This document shows positions 11,913-24,045 of a stretch of DNA of 43,890 nucleotides, in pieces (the first letter of the stretch is position 1; each line of letters begins with the position of its first letter). The position numbers and the translations under genes were made by a program. The stretch is from assembly GCA_002256025.1 (NCBI GenBank), contig NKIB01014396.1, forward strand, positions 1 to 43,890, read 5' to 3'. The stretch is from Asterionella formosa (lineage: Eukaryota). A model generated the notes under the pieces. It had not been told where the DNA came from. It searched no databases and saw nothing but the letters and a program-made list of their open reading frames with translations.

Positions 11913-12558
11913 ACCTACAGTAGGAGATCCCATCATTTCTATGCTGCTCAGTATTTGTATCGGATGGAGCCAAGCAGGATACAATTGTCAACCTGCAACT
12001 AACCTAACATAGTAGTGGTGAATTTTTTTAATCTTTTGCTTTTGTGTATAATATAATTTTTTTTAAAATCTCAAGTCCTGCGTTTTAGGTTAATCTGTTG
12101 GCAAATTATTATCAGCAGATCTTAATTCATACCAAAGTTATAATACCAGAGTATGAACGCAAGCAACATCAACCTAGTTAATTTGTATGAAGTTGTAGCT
12201 CTACATCGGAAATATAAAGTTGAAGCCTTTTGACAAAATCATAGAGTTGCTAATTTGCAAAAAGTTACGTATCTCTCTCACTTTCGATGAGGCCATCACA
12301 CCACTGCTGCATAGGGTCATTCTTTTTTTGGGTCACTCACTTTGACGACCATCGTACTGCAATAGTTCACGTAGCATGTTGTGAGTCAGTTTCAATAGCA
12401 GCCAGTTGTATTACAAAAAAAGCCAAGTTGCATCAAAATGATGCCATATCAAGAGATGTACACCACAATCTCCCCATGTATTACCCCAATAGTAATTCAG
12501 TGGCAAATTTTCCCAACTAGTGCAACTGCAACGATCACATCACCCGTCGTGATTGTTG

Positions 12559-13956
12559 CTATATCTCCATCATGTCATTGCTCAAAAAATCACTTCCGGT
12601 TACGACACTACTATTCCCTTCTTCATAAAGCAATCTCCAATCTCTGTCTTTATGCACATAATCCAATAAAACACTAAAACAGCTCACCAGCGCATCTCGT
12701 TCCAACATTGAATTCGTTTGTAGGTCAAGAGATCCATTTTGAGTCAAAAGTGAAAAGCACACGGAATCAGGAATAGCCATTGTTTCTCGTCGTTGCAATG
12801 CATTGGTACGTTTCCCAACATCAATGTATAAAACATTGGGTAGGGCAATGTTATGACTCGTACCTCGCATCAACACAATGGACATTTGACCATTGGCACC
12901 TGCAACACGCCTAGGAAATTCGGTTTGCCATGATAGATTCATGGTTTCTTCGTCAATGCGTATCCATACTCGTTTGGGTTCGCACTGGACTCCATGTGCG
13001 ACAAGTCGAATGCCTCTGTCTGCAAGTCTCATCATGGTTTCGGATAGTATGGAATTGTTCGGAACGCGAGAAATACTGGGATGCTTTGGGGATGGTGGTG
13101 TCTTCGTTGATGATGACTCTCCAATGCTGGGCATGGTAAACGTCGTTGCTCCTTCTTCTTGTTGTGGTTTTGATCTGCTTTTTCGGGAATTTTTAAAATC
13201 CGCCCAACCACTACCAATCGACGAATCAGCTCTTGTCCCTGTGTCATATCGATCTCGACCAAAGTTGTTACTAATAGACGATGAAGTGATGGAGTCTCTA
13301 ACCAGCGATGGATGTTGCTGTCTACTTCCGGTACAGGTCGTGCCGCTTGACATCCCGAAGATTGATTCCTCGCGTGTGGATGACTCCTCTCTACTGTCTT
13401 GCTGTAGGGACTTCAATTGCAGTTTGCGAGCACGAGCATGTTCGGCCAAGTACTTTTCGGTAACACTTCCAGAAAACATGGACGATGTAATTGTCGCTCG
13501 AGTGTTGCTACAACTGCTGTCAAAATCATCAGTATTAGTACTTGTCGGGAAGATCCACTGGCCAACTCCTTGCTTCCTTGCTTCTGCTGTTGATTTTGCA
13601 TACCGTCGGGGATGCGCTCTAAAGTATTCCTTACGCACTCCCCGTGGCAACAGTAGATACAGAACCCATATAATTAGCGAGCCTAGTAAGAAAATACTGT
13701 ATCTCCACGGGTGTAGGCCCAGGATGGATGTGGCACTAACACTGCTGTTGCGATTGCTGTTGTTGACGGTCGCAGCAGCAGCAGCAGCAGCTGAACCTTC
13801 TTGCGCAGCAGAGATCCAATCTGAAATGTTGGCGACAGGAATCAACTTGATGATAGTAGGATTGAATATTTCGGAATCATGTGCAACAAGTGAGTCTCGT
13901 CGTGGTCGTTTTCTGCGCTGGATCTGTGTCGTCCCGACAACCGCCGTCATACTCAT
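12559..13956 (-). CDS. Single-pass membrane protein with Ser/Thr-rich linker and C-terminal PH-like domain (PLC-delta/Num1-type)
   Basis: Long ORF with probable ATG at 13956. TM helix YSIFLLGSLIIWVLYLLLP. C-terminal LADRGIRLVAHG..PKRVWIRIDEE..LSW...IDVGKRT..L.R...CFSLLTQNGSLDLQTNSMLERDALV resembles a PH domain. Confidence 0.75.
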   Translation of the reverse strand: MSMTAVVGTTQIQRRKRPRRDSLVAHDSEIFNPTIIKLIPVANISDWISAAQEGSAAAAAAATVNNSNRNSSVSATSILGLHPWRYSIFLLGSLIIWVLYLLLPRGVRKEYFRAHPRRYAKSTAEARKQGVGQWIFPTSTNTDDFDSSCSNTRATITSSMFSGSVTEKYLAEHARARKLQLKSLQQDSREESSTREESIFGMSSGTTCTGSRQQHPSLVRDSITSSSISNNFGRDRYDTGTRADSSIGSGWADFKNSRKSRSKPQQEEGATTFTMPSIGESSSTKTPPSPKHPSISRVPNNSILSETMMRLADRGIRLVAHGVQCEPKRVWIRIDEETMNLSWQTEFPRRVAGANGQMSIVLMRGTSHNIALPNVLYIDVGKRTNALQRRETMAIPDSVCFSLLTQNGSLDLQTNSMLERDALVSCFSVLLDYVHKDRDWRLLYEEGNSSVVTGSDFLSNDMMEI

Positions 13957-16900
13957 GGTGGCGTCGGTAGTTTTTCTTGTTTTTATTTGATCCAATAACA
14001 AATGATGTGTGGTGACGATACTATGATACACACATGAAAAATAGGTATGCCCCTTTATTTTTATGTACATTCAATATATAAAACCCTGAATATAGAGAAT
14101 GCAGTCTTCCATACACGATCCAGCAAGCCTTTTTCACAGGGTGCGTTACCGTCTGGCGAAACAGTCCGTTCCTCTTTCGATAAATTCGACCGACAATGCA
14201 TTTATTATTCGTGCTGGATATGTATAGAATCGCTCTTTCGACTACGGGTGTTCCACGGCAGCCATGTACGGCACACACAAAACCCACCTGCTTCTACTGG
14301 TGTAATACATACAAATGCATGGTATGCCAGCGATTCTCACTCGAGCTACCGTATCGTCTTGCCATTCGGTCAAGTAATTTTTGGGCTATAAGTAATATTT
14401 CTAAAGGAATTTTTATTAAGGGGCAATATGGGCCACATCGAATTTTTCGGGAATAAATTGCAAATTTTGGCATGACAGCCGCCAGAATAACGGTAACATC
14501 GGTACGTATTGAACTACGGGTACATACCGGTACTTATATTGTGTCGGTGATGGTATGGAAAGCATCAAACAACACATGAGAATGATTGTATCATGATCAT
14601 TCAAATCAATAAAAACAGAACATGATTGTTGTTTGCAGCAACTAAAGTATGATATGCAAGGTAATAAATAAGTAGAGTCATGAGAGAAATAAACGAAATT
14701 GTTTTGGGTTAGCTAGAAATGAAGTAAAAATTATCAGTTTCTGTGGAGATAGATGCATGTAGTACTATGCATTGTATGCACTAGTACTTCCACAACAGGA
14801 AGCATTGACATTCCATCACACAATCGAAGGATGAAATGACACAGCAATGAAATAGAAAACCTGAACCCAATTGAGATCTGTATCATTCTATAGTGTAGCT
14901 GATCTGGTTGTTGGAACCAGCCAGCCATGCATGAACATAGCTGTTGCCTGATGGTACTAGAATACAGCCAGGTAGGCAGCAGTCTTCCCAAACAGCCATC
15001 CTGATCAGTCCATGCTGTGTGATTGCCAGGCTCCTCCTATATTGATTCCCTCTCTATGATCAGAGATTATTGCTGAATATTGAAATGAAGCTTACACTAC
15101 AAACTCGGTGAAGAAAGACAGCAAACTGTGTTCTTAGTAAACAAAAAAAGCATTGCTTGGCAGCAATATTGAAGATATCATGGTCAATAACTATGCAAAT
15201 CAAAAAATAATTTCAGAAACAATATATCTTCAAAGAGTAGGCACTAATACAAACATCGAAGCATATACAAATAGATACAATCAAAACAAAGTGATGGTAT
15301 CAAATCACAAAAAATGACGGAAGCAATCAAAACAGTAAATAGTAGTAGAAGCAGCCTGCAATCAAATGGCAAATTGGACAAAAAAATCAATCACATACCA
15401 CATTCTGTGTTTCAGTATTAAACTTACCGATCTGCTCTAACTAGCATAACAAGCAACTGACAATGATGGGATCAATCAGAAGTTGAAAGGGCCCTGTTGC
15501 AAGCCCGAATTGAGCAATGGCAGGCAGGATATAGGAGTGAGAAATAGTTGAGACAAAATTGGGCATGAATAAAATCAATGAATATTTGAAGTATATACCG
15601 GTAATTTAACACACTGGTCTCTTAAAAAGGATACTGAGTCTACAGCATAATAAATATGATAAATGCGTCTAAATTAAGAGTGAAAGTTTAGCATAAACAA
15701 TGGTGCAAGGTTGTTTTTAGTACCATTTAGCTACATACTACGTAGGCTGCATGAAAGGAATAGCCATTACACACAAGCTGCCGATTTCAGATATACAAGG
15801 ATTGTCATTAGTTTAAAGAAATATTTATGATACAAATACATGAATCCCACTAGAAGACAAGCAATCCAACAACCAACCGCATCCGTTTGATGACAAATCG
15901 CCAATTGCGTCATTAATGAACTCATTTCGCCTCAGACTGGGCGTGGTGGATGATGATCGGCACGGTGAAAAGTGAATTGCCGCAGTCACTTTTCAGGAGA
16001 CAAAGAAAAACAAGGTGAATATTATTTATATTTTAATCAAATCTACAATATTGTTGTCAAGACACCCAAATATGTAAACAAAAGAAACTAAGCTAGTACT
16101 ATCACAGCGATACTACTAGCACTGGTAACCATTCCCTCTCACCATGGAGGGCGATGTATATTTGCATCCACAAAATCAAATCAGAACACTCTTGCTACCA
16201 AACCACTAAACTGCATGCAATGAGCGACAGCAGATGAAAGAATGACAAGAACCAACCGGAAATTCAAGGAGCTTGACGAAAATGAATCGAATGAGGATGC
16301 AAGATGCATTATTCAATTGAATAGAGTTTCTCAATGGAAGAGAGCATTAGTTGATATCATTGAATCAAATACAGGTCTGCATTACCATGCTTTTAATAGT
16401 TCACAATAGCAATATTGTATGCGATGAGCTACAAAGATGTGAAAGAATCACAAGAAACAACCAGAAATTCAAGGAGGTCTACAAGAATCAGTGCCTTGAA
16501 CAAGATACCGCCATTTTTTATTTAAGATACTCCTATAAAAGGGATTGCCTACCCATATCCACTGCCCCACCTTAAATGGGCCATGGATTGCAATGCCGAC
16601 AAGCCTAGAAATAGACCAGTAATCATGCGCTATAAAAATGATTAACATATATTTTCATCAGATCTGTTGAGTATATAAAATGGCTTCCTTAAGAAGTAGA
16701 CCCCTTTCCAATTTCAACAATCGCAGGGACGGTTAACCGAGGGGCAACTGGGGTGGATTGTACTGCTGAAATGGTAGCATATCAAATGTTCAAAACATTT
16801 TAATGATGGGCAATATCGGACCCTTGGCAATTTTTGATGAGAATATAGGAAATATACAAAATATATTTTATACTATGTTGAGCATAGCAATTTTAAAACG

Positions 16901-17615
16901 GCATTTATGCAAAATTTATGTTCAGTAGCTAGTAGTTAGTAAGCGAATGGTGTGACAATAGCTAGTTTGTGACTTGCCACAACAAGAATCCCCGCCTTCT
17001 CGGCGGCTACTACTTGCCTTCTTGTACTCATGTGTACTTGAAGGGCAAGAGACCAATTCGGGCGTGTCTTGCCTTTATCATGTAAATATGCGCGGAAAAG
17101 TATAAAATTATTAGTCCAAATCATCCTCACCAGAAACTTCGCAGCCTCTCGTCATATTTATGAATAGTCTAGTACTTGTATAGAGTATGAATATATGGTT
17201 CAACAAACTTCTTATAGATATTTTTCGAATTCATGGTTTAGTCAATGCATCATACGACATACATTGTTTTGCAGTAATTGTAGCTTGGCGCAGCCAAAAA
17301 GCAACCCTTCTTACGATACATAATACACACATATATAGTACAATACATACATCTTCAATACATAGCGGGTTCTTTCCGGCTCATTAGACTGATTTCAGTC
17401 TCTCTGTGAGGCTCAACATGAAAAGCTTTTTTTCACCTTTAACTTTAGATTCATTGTTGGATAGTCCTTTCTCTCCTGATTAAAAGGGCTATACATGTTA
17501 AGGACAAAGAATTGGAATTTGAACTAGACTACTACCTGGCTGGTACTAATATTTAGTCGTGTGCCAGCAGTCACAGCATGAAACATTCTAGAGGCACATA
17601 TCAGTCTGGAAGGAC

Positions 17616-18265
17616 TCAATACTCAATGGAATGATTAAAATAACAATCAACACATCGAAGCACACTAATGGAGCATACATAACATGTCCAAGTCATCATT
17701 TTCCAGTCTACATCATTACATGTACTCCTTTGGAGGTGGGAACTGTCAGCATTCACAACCTCTGTCCAGAAATTTTGTGTGCCTTTGGGCAACCCAAAAA
17801 CTTTATGTTCAGCATTTTTTGTCAATCTTGACAACCTTTTTGGCGATTCTTATTTTTCTTTGTAATAAGAATTATATACCAATGCCCCTGCAAAGACGAG
17901 CTTGCGAAAACCGAGCATGCCATCAACCTCCTCCTTACAGAAGTGTTGATATGCAAGCATGATATCTTCTGCCAGGACTGAAAGGAACAATTCGAACACT
18001 CTATTTCTTAACCACCACTTTGTCACTCATATTACCTGCAAACTGATTCAGGAATGCCTCTTTGCATCATGGACATTAATGGCTGAGCATGTAGAATTTT
18101 GAAGTGTCTGTTGAAAACCACTGTATATGTTATCTGCTTTTGGCAGACTTCTCTGGAAAATTTTAAAGCTAGAAACTTGTCATTCATACCTCCAGAAACC
18201 TGCAGCTCTGTAGATATCGATTTACTTTTCAGAAATGAAATACTGGTATCCATTGAATTGAGCAA
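17616..18265 (-). pseudogene. piggyBac-like transposase remnant (C-terminal part)
   Basis: Minus-strand broken frames give ITYTVVFNRHFKILHA; VTKWWLRNRVFELFLSVLAEDIMLAYQHF...MLGFRKLVFAGALVYNSY*; and a terminal Cys-rich TC...TCYVCSISVLRCVDCYFNH. This resembles the piggyBac C-terminus (W..RVF...L.....N..LAY, FR..LA..L, Cys-rich domain). No termini were confidently found. Confidence 0.6.
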
Positions 18266-18457
18266 CGGTTCCGGTATACTGGCAAGGGATTGAGAACCAA
18301 GACTGAATGCAGTCCAGCCTCAAACAATCCTAGTGTGTGAGCGAGTATACTGGTACCTGGTACCAGTCCCGAACCATCGGTAATCATAATCATGTCAAAC
18401 AATGATGTCTCTAATTGTTTTCCTCGTTTGTGTATCATCGTCACCTCCCTCTTTCCA

Positions 18458-19741
18458 ATGACAATTGCACCAGTCCGTCCCATCGTCTTCTGGGCTCTTG
18501 GTCTGTTAAATAATGTATCATACGTGATCATGCTGGCGTCGGCCAAACAGATTTCGGAAGGAGGAACGGCGCTTGTTTTTCTAGCCAACGTGATTCCATC
18601 CCTCTTTGTGAAGCTTTCTGCTCCCTACTGGTTTGATCGGATATCCTATGATACCAGGTTGTCAGTTGCCACTGCATTCATGGGAGCGTCGTTTTTGGTT
18701 GTGGCCCTCTTTCAGGCATCCACGTCCCCATTGGCATTGTATTTCCAGCTACTGGGAGTTGCACTAGCAAGTGCTCAAAGCGGATTGGGGGAAGCATCCT
18801 TACTGGCATTGGCAGGAGCGTGCGACGCATCTAGAGCGAAGCCAGCGTGCCTCTCTTGCTTCTCCTCTGGAACTGGAGTCGCTGGAGTCTTTGGATTTTT
18901 CTATACATTCCTATTGAATGATTTGTTGGGGCTGTCACTGCCGATTACCTTGGTTTTGGCAACATTGCTGGCCGCCATGTATTTCGGTGTCTACAATAGG
19001 TATTTATGGGGATACAAGGGCATGAATTGCAGAGTCATACGCATGTCAAACCTTGGTGAATATATACGAACTACAAGTAGCCCTCTCGAGGATGATGACC
19101 AGCTGATGGATGAGTCGGACCACCCAGAGGGAATTGATGTCTTTCACGACGAATCAATGCCACCATTACTCAAGATTCATGAAATGACTACATTCCAGCG
19201 TCTCATTCTAACATTTTCACTGTATCCATATATGATTCCATTGTTTGTTGTATATGCTGCCGAATATACAATGCAATCTGGGACATGGACTGCCATTGGC
19301 TTTCCCATCACCTCGGAAACAGCCAGAAGTGACTTTTATTTCGCCGCCAATTGGGCCTACCAAGCAGGAGTATTTGTCTCGCGCTCGTCAGGGACACTCT
19401 TTACAGCTCCATTGTGGTTTATCTGGCTCATGCCCGCCCTACAGGTTTTGAATGTGGCCATCTTTTGGGTTGTAGCTGTACATCACGTGTTGTACTCATG
19501 GTGGTTGTTGGTGGGATGCTTTTATGTAGGATTGTTGGGAGGGGCTGTATATGTACACGTATTTACAAGGATATGTGTTGATGTGCCTGCCTATACAGAA
19601 TTTGCCCTGTCTGCAACGAGTGTCGCCGCAGATATTGGCGTTGTGGCAGCGGATGTGATGGGTGTGTTCATTCAGTCATGTCTGTATGCCATTAATGGAT
19701 TGCAAGGGGCTGCTGTCACTTGTCCCATCAAGTTTGGATAA
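18458..19741 (+). CDS. CLN3: Battenin / CLN3-BTN1 family lysosomal-vacuolar MFS-like transporter, copy 1
   Basis: FWALGLLNNVSYVIMLASA, LGEASLLAL, FSSGTGVAG, PLFVVYAAEY, YQAGVFVSRSS, GLLGGAVYV are all CLN3 signature blocks. Multiple TM helices. Start chosen by alignment with the paralogues (ORF extends to 18392). Confidence 0.92.
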   Translation: MTIAPVRPIVFWALGLLNNVSYVIMLASAKQISEGGTALVFLANVIPSLFVKLSAPYWFDRISYDTRLSVATAFMGASFLVVALFQASTSPLALYFQLLGVALASAQSGLGEASLLALAGACDASRAKPACLSCFSSGTGVAGVFGFFYTFLLNDLLGLSLPITLVLATLLAAMYFGVYNRYLWGYKGMNCRVIRMSNLGEYIRTTSSPLEDDDQLMDESDHPEGIDVFHDESMPPLLKIHEMTTFQRLILTFSLYPYMIPLFVVYAAEYTMQSGTWTAIGFPITSETARSDFYFAANWAYQAGVFVSRSSGTLFTAPLWFIWLMPALQVLNVAIFWVVAVHHVLYSWWLLVGCFYVGLLGGAVYVHVFTRICVDVPAYTEFALSATSVAADIGVVAADVMGVFIQSCLYAINGLQGAAVTCPIKFG

Positions 19742-19897
19742 CACAAATGAACACACATGCGTATGGATATTCAGTCTTAACCATGAGAGGAGTCCTCAAC
19801 ACGAACGATGGCTACAACGACAAAATGCTGACAACTATGATAGCCAGAGAATCTAAATGGAGATGAACTACCTAAGTTTCCCCCAAAACTCTTCCAT

Positions 19898-22800
19898 TTA
19901 ATTGCCATCTGTCATGAATAAGAGATCTTTGGCCATGAGGTCGCATTCCCATCCCCGGGTTCTTGAGGCTTCACGAAAGAGTTTCTTGTCCACAAGCAAG
20001 TAAAGTTCTTTGCGTACCCGGGAAAGTGCTACATTGAGACGATTCTTGTTGAGGAAACTAGTTGGCTTGCGGACTAAGCTAAGAATGACAATGTCTGCTT
20101 CTTTTCCTTGGCACTGATCAATGGTCAAAACTGGGAACGTTTCCAGGTTGTTCCTATTGAGTTGGTACTGGATCTCTCGTTGCTGGTTTTTGTACTAGAA
20201 AGCGCACGCAACATTAGTGAGCTCCTGAAAATTCCTAAAAAGGATCAGGTAATCCGTTTTTACTTACCGGAGTCAGAATCATAATGCTTTCTTGTCTGCC
20301 TTTAATGCTCTGATTTACCAATTGAATTACATTTTCAACTTCATTGTCATTCACATACTTTCTTTTCTTGTTTTCCATATAAGGAACATGGATGAAGTGG
20401 AATCCCTGGATGGGAACATTGGCAGCCACTGGGGTATTATACTGGCCGTTATAAATTCTCGCGTTCAGTAATTGTGCGATATCACGTGGGACTCGATATT
20501 GAATGCTTAGTTGAATTTTTGCGTGGTCAATAGTCAATTTACTGACCGAAAGAAGGCTCTTGACGTTCTCCTTCTGATGCTGCCACGAGGATCCCTTTTC
20601 CTTGCTTCCTCTCGTTTTGCTCTGTCCTGAACTGGGGTCATAAGGGGGAAGCTGGTGGACATCGCCAACAAGAACGAGGCTCTTGACTTGAGAAGTGAGA
20701 CGAGAAATTCCTAAGAGTTCATATGCTGGAATACAACCAGCCTCATCGAAAATCACAACAGTTTCCCGATCGTTTGGATCTTCCTTCAGTGAAAGTGCAG
20801 AAAACATATCCAACGGTTCGGGCTCATCATTTTTTTCATTTTTCATGATGAGTTGGTGTGAAGATCCAATTGTAGACATTCGCAATGTAGCTTGATTAAC
20901 AAGGGCGTCTCGGATGAGAGCTTCACGACGCTTGAATTCAAGGCCAGACTCTCTCCAGTCCATCAACAGTTTTTCAGCATCCAAAACACTGAAAAGAGAA
21001 TTTTCAAGGACGATTTTAAATCGTAGCAGAATTTCTTTGCATTTTGCTTCCATCCCTCCTTTGAATTCGTTCCAACTGTGTGGTTTCGCTTGTTTATTTT
21101 CGTTCTTGGTTCTGGTTGGGAAGATGTGTCCAATCAAAGGATTGAGTTCTAAAACTACACTTTCAAAGTGTTCTTCAGTGATTGATAGCAACTGTGGCAT
21201 CAGACGAATCGCATTTTGTACGCAAGCTATGACATCCATCGGCCTACCGAGGGCTTTGCTGTTATTCATGTCAATATCTTGTGCTTGCCTTTCTGCATTC
21301 ATTTTATCGTTTCGATAAACGTCTCCAAAGGAAAGCACCGTCCCCGACAACAATTTGCGTTGCTTCTTGGCAAGTATGTCAAGAGCCATGGCGAAATCTC
21401 TTTGTTTTTCTCGAAGCTGAACGAGTTCAGGATGTTGTCTGTTGAAAGAATTATAGCTCATGGGAATTAGACCATTGCACGCATGCCGAAGCAAGATTCT
21501 TACTGTTTTACTTACTTCATTTTCTCTTCAAGAGTGAACATCTTTGTGTACTTTCCAACACTGGACGCTCCAAATGTCAAGACATTCATCCACAGAGCAA
21601 AGTCAGTAAAACCCATAAATTTGTCAGCATGTAGCAACATACAATTGGATGCAAACTTTTCTGCGATAGCATCAATGGCACCATTTCTCTCGGACAGCAC
21701 GATGATATTGTAATTGGTGCAAGCCAAAAGAGAGCGTGTGAGCTCTGTGATAGTTTTTGTCTTCCCAGTTCCTGGAGGACCGCCAACTTCCACTGCAGAC
21801 TTGAAGTAGAGCGGATGAGCGAGTTTCTTCTGTTGTTCGTTCAAGTCTTCGATTGTGTCAGGAACAGCCGCTTTCAATTCGTCCAGTAAAGGAAGTGATC
21901 TGCCCGCCCCGATAAGGTGCTTGATTGGTTCAGACACAAGCACGGCGTCATCTGTTGAGTGGACATGTGCCATCATGAGGTTAATGCGAAGATTCGCGTT
22001 AAACCCGATGATTTCGAGATCGCCATAGATGGCATTGTCTTCTTCTTTCTCTGCATCACCATCGGAATTAATGCGAAAAAATTTGACAGAAATGTTGTCC
22101 TCCGATGGTTGACCCCCGTCATTTCCTTTACAGGTGAATTTGACGTTTCTGGTTTGATACAAAACACATTTTCCCTTGATGGCAACAACCGCACATTTCA
22201 ATGCATATTTCAGGTTCACCAGAACATCGGGACGTGGCTTTTTGCCCTCTGATGTTGTGTTCTCCTTCTCATCAATTGGCACGCTTACCCATTTGCCTTC
22301 CTCGTCTTCCATTTTCAATGATATCTCGAAAACATTGTTGTCCTTTTTCTTCAAGAGTTTCAAGCAATAGATGTCAGGAACAGAGAATCGAGGCGAGATA
22401 TCATCATCCAGGATTCTCTGTATGCGTGCCGAGGGGTCTCGCAGCAAGCTAAGTCTATCAGCCCGAAGAGCAAAAATAAGACTCTTCTTTGCTTCGCGGA
22501 GGAACGTATTGGTTCGGTTTTCGGCTACTTTGGCATCAATTTCCTGAACAAGAATGCCAGCTTTCTCAAGATGATTTTTAATCAGCTGTTTCAATCCATC
22601 GGGCTCAGCATCTATCCTTTTACGCCACTCATGAACCACACTCTTTTCACGATCTCTTTTAGAAGACTCAAACTTCGCCGTGTCGAACAAGTTTCCGTGA
22701 TTTGCTCGAACATGTGGGTGTGCGTCGCCGCCGCAATCTTGGAGACAAATAGCGCAAAATTTGCAACCACATCGGCAATAAAGCGCATTGCAGCCAGTGT

Positions 22801-23203
22801 AATCGAGAAACGCAGCATTGCACTTGGGACATTTGAGAATCATTTCCTCCATCATTTCATTAAAAATGCGCCTTGCCTTTTCACTCAGAGCACCTAGCTC
22901 GACAGACCTGACCTTTTGAATCTCCAGACGAGTGTTGACGTCAAATTCAACAAAAGACCGCAACTCGTTTTCTACTGCCTTGACTGCGACAGATCCAACA
23001 ACAGCTGCCACCATCTTGACAGCATTTCCTTTCTTATGGCAAGAAGGGCATCTTGCGCTGTTCTCCCCAGTACCGTCTTCAAAAGCAAACTTGATGCACT
23101 CCGCACACATGCTGTACTCACAGGCTAGAGTCATGCAGGAAAAAACCACCTTGCTCTCCTCATCGCAACAGACAACACATGTCAAGCCATCATGGGAAGG
23201 CAT
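19898..23203 (-). CDS. Three-exon gene (23203-21516, 21438-20268, 20194-19898; ~1051 aa): RING + Rcat(RING2)-like zinc fingers fused to a UPF1/SEN1-like SF1 helicase
   Basis: Introns GTAAGT(21515)..CAACAG(21439) and GTAAGT(20267)..TTCTAG(20195) restore the frame and rebuild motif LTP|YKNQ. RING: CVVC...C....C...CAEC...CPSC. Rcat: CPKC..F.DYTGCNALYC.CGCKFCAICL..CGGDAH.H. Helicase: LNEQQ, GPPGTGKT, IFDEAG, LVGDVHQLPP, QYR, TIDQCQGKEAD, RLNVALSR. Confidence 0.9.
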
Positions 23204-23322
23204 ATCTACTTGTTGTATATATTCTTATTTTGCTGCTTCTGTTTGCAGTTGAAGGCAAGCAAAAACTGAGATTCACTGCAATTGCTGCAATCGGATGAGG
23301 TTGCTTGGAAATCACGATATGC

Positions 23323-23539
23323 TAAATTGAAAATTTCAAACTTCTGTTGATTTGGATATTACATTGTTCTGTTGTACCAAGATATAGAAATAATCTAGTA
23401 GATCTACATGTTTCTTCATCGTAAATTGAAATTTTCATTCCTGGTAGTTTGGATACAGCGATGAAGTGGTCACAACTTACATTGTTATGTTGCACCAAGA
23501 TATGGGAGTAATCTTGTAGATTTTCATGTTTCTTCATCG
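23323..23539. repeat. Imperfect tandem duplication (99 bp + 118 bp units) upstream of the helicase gene
   Basis: TAAATTGAAAATTTC...TTACATTGTTCTGTTGTACCAAGATAT...CATGTTTCTTCATCG is repeated as TAAATTGAAATTTTC...TTACATTGTTATGTTGCACCAAGATAT...CATGTTTCTTCATCG. Confidence 0.8.
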
Positions 23540-24045
23540 TCGACGTTATATGGAAAGGACACCGTATGCCTACGTTAAGGCATTTGGCAATGTATAAACA
23601 ACTTCAACATGGATACGTCGCTTCTAATGGTTTGCTTCTTCCATTTGGCGATGACGCAGTAATCATTTGTTTATGTTCCTTGTTGACTTTGCCTAAAGAG
23701 AATCATCATTATCTTCAGTGGCGAGGGTTGACGTCCATCTGTACAGACTCTTGAAACATTTTGAATAGGTTTCCTTCGCTCGATTAATCAGCATGCACAG
23801 GAGCTAGCTCAAATTCGAATTATTTTTTCTCGTATGCTAGAAAAGAAATCTTCCAATATGCTTCATTTCGTTTTCCATGCGCAGATCACAACCAATATGA
23901 TTTGACCAACCCACCATTGGAGTATTTTTGATTTCGGAATATTTCGACACCCCTTCATTGGCTACATAGTCAATCGTTGTTGGATATTATAAACTATTAC
24001 TATCTCGGCGAAATAGCTGTATTTTTGATAAAAGGTTGCGTACCA

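Noticed and set aside
13772..13792. (GCA)n microsatellite
   Set aside because: Simply encodes poly-Ala in the PH-domain gene.
12893..13990. 365-aa plus-strand ORF antisense to the PH-domain gene
   Set aside because: Shadow ORF with a TTG start and no motifs; the minus strand has the coherent TM+PH architecture.
16731..16750. TTAACCGAGGGG as the piggyBac terminus
   Set aside because: No matching partner end was found in the window.
14416..16850. TTAA-GGGGCAATATGGG at 14416 with weak inverted (16552-16575) and direct (16808-16845) similarity as TE termini
   Set aside because: Matches are short and gapped, and no transposase motif was recognised between them; cannot support an element.
20235..21494. 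Treating ORFs 21512-23203, 20235-21494 and 19898-20128 as separate genes or a frameshifted pseudogene
   Set aside because: Canonical 77-bp and 73-bp GT-AG introns join them in frame and complete the helicase motifs.
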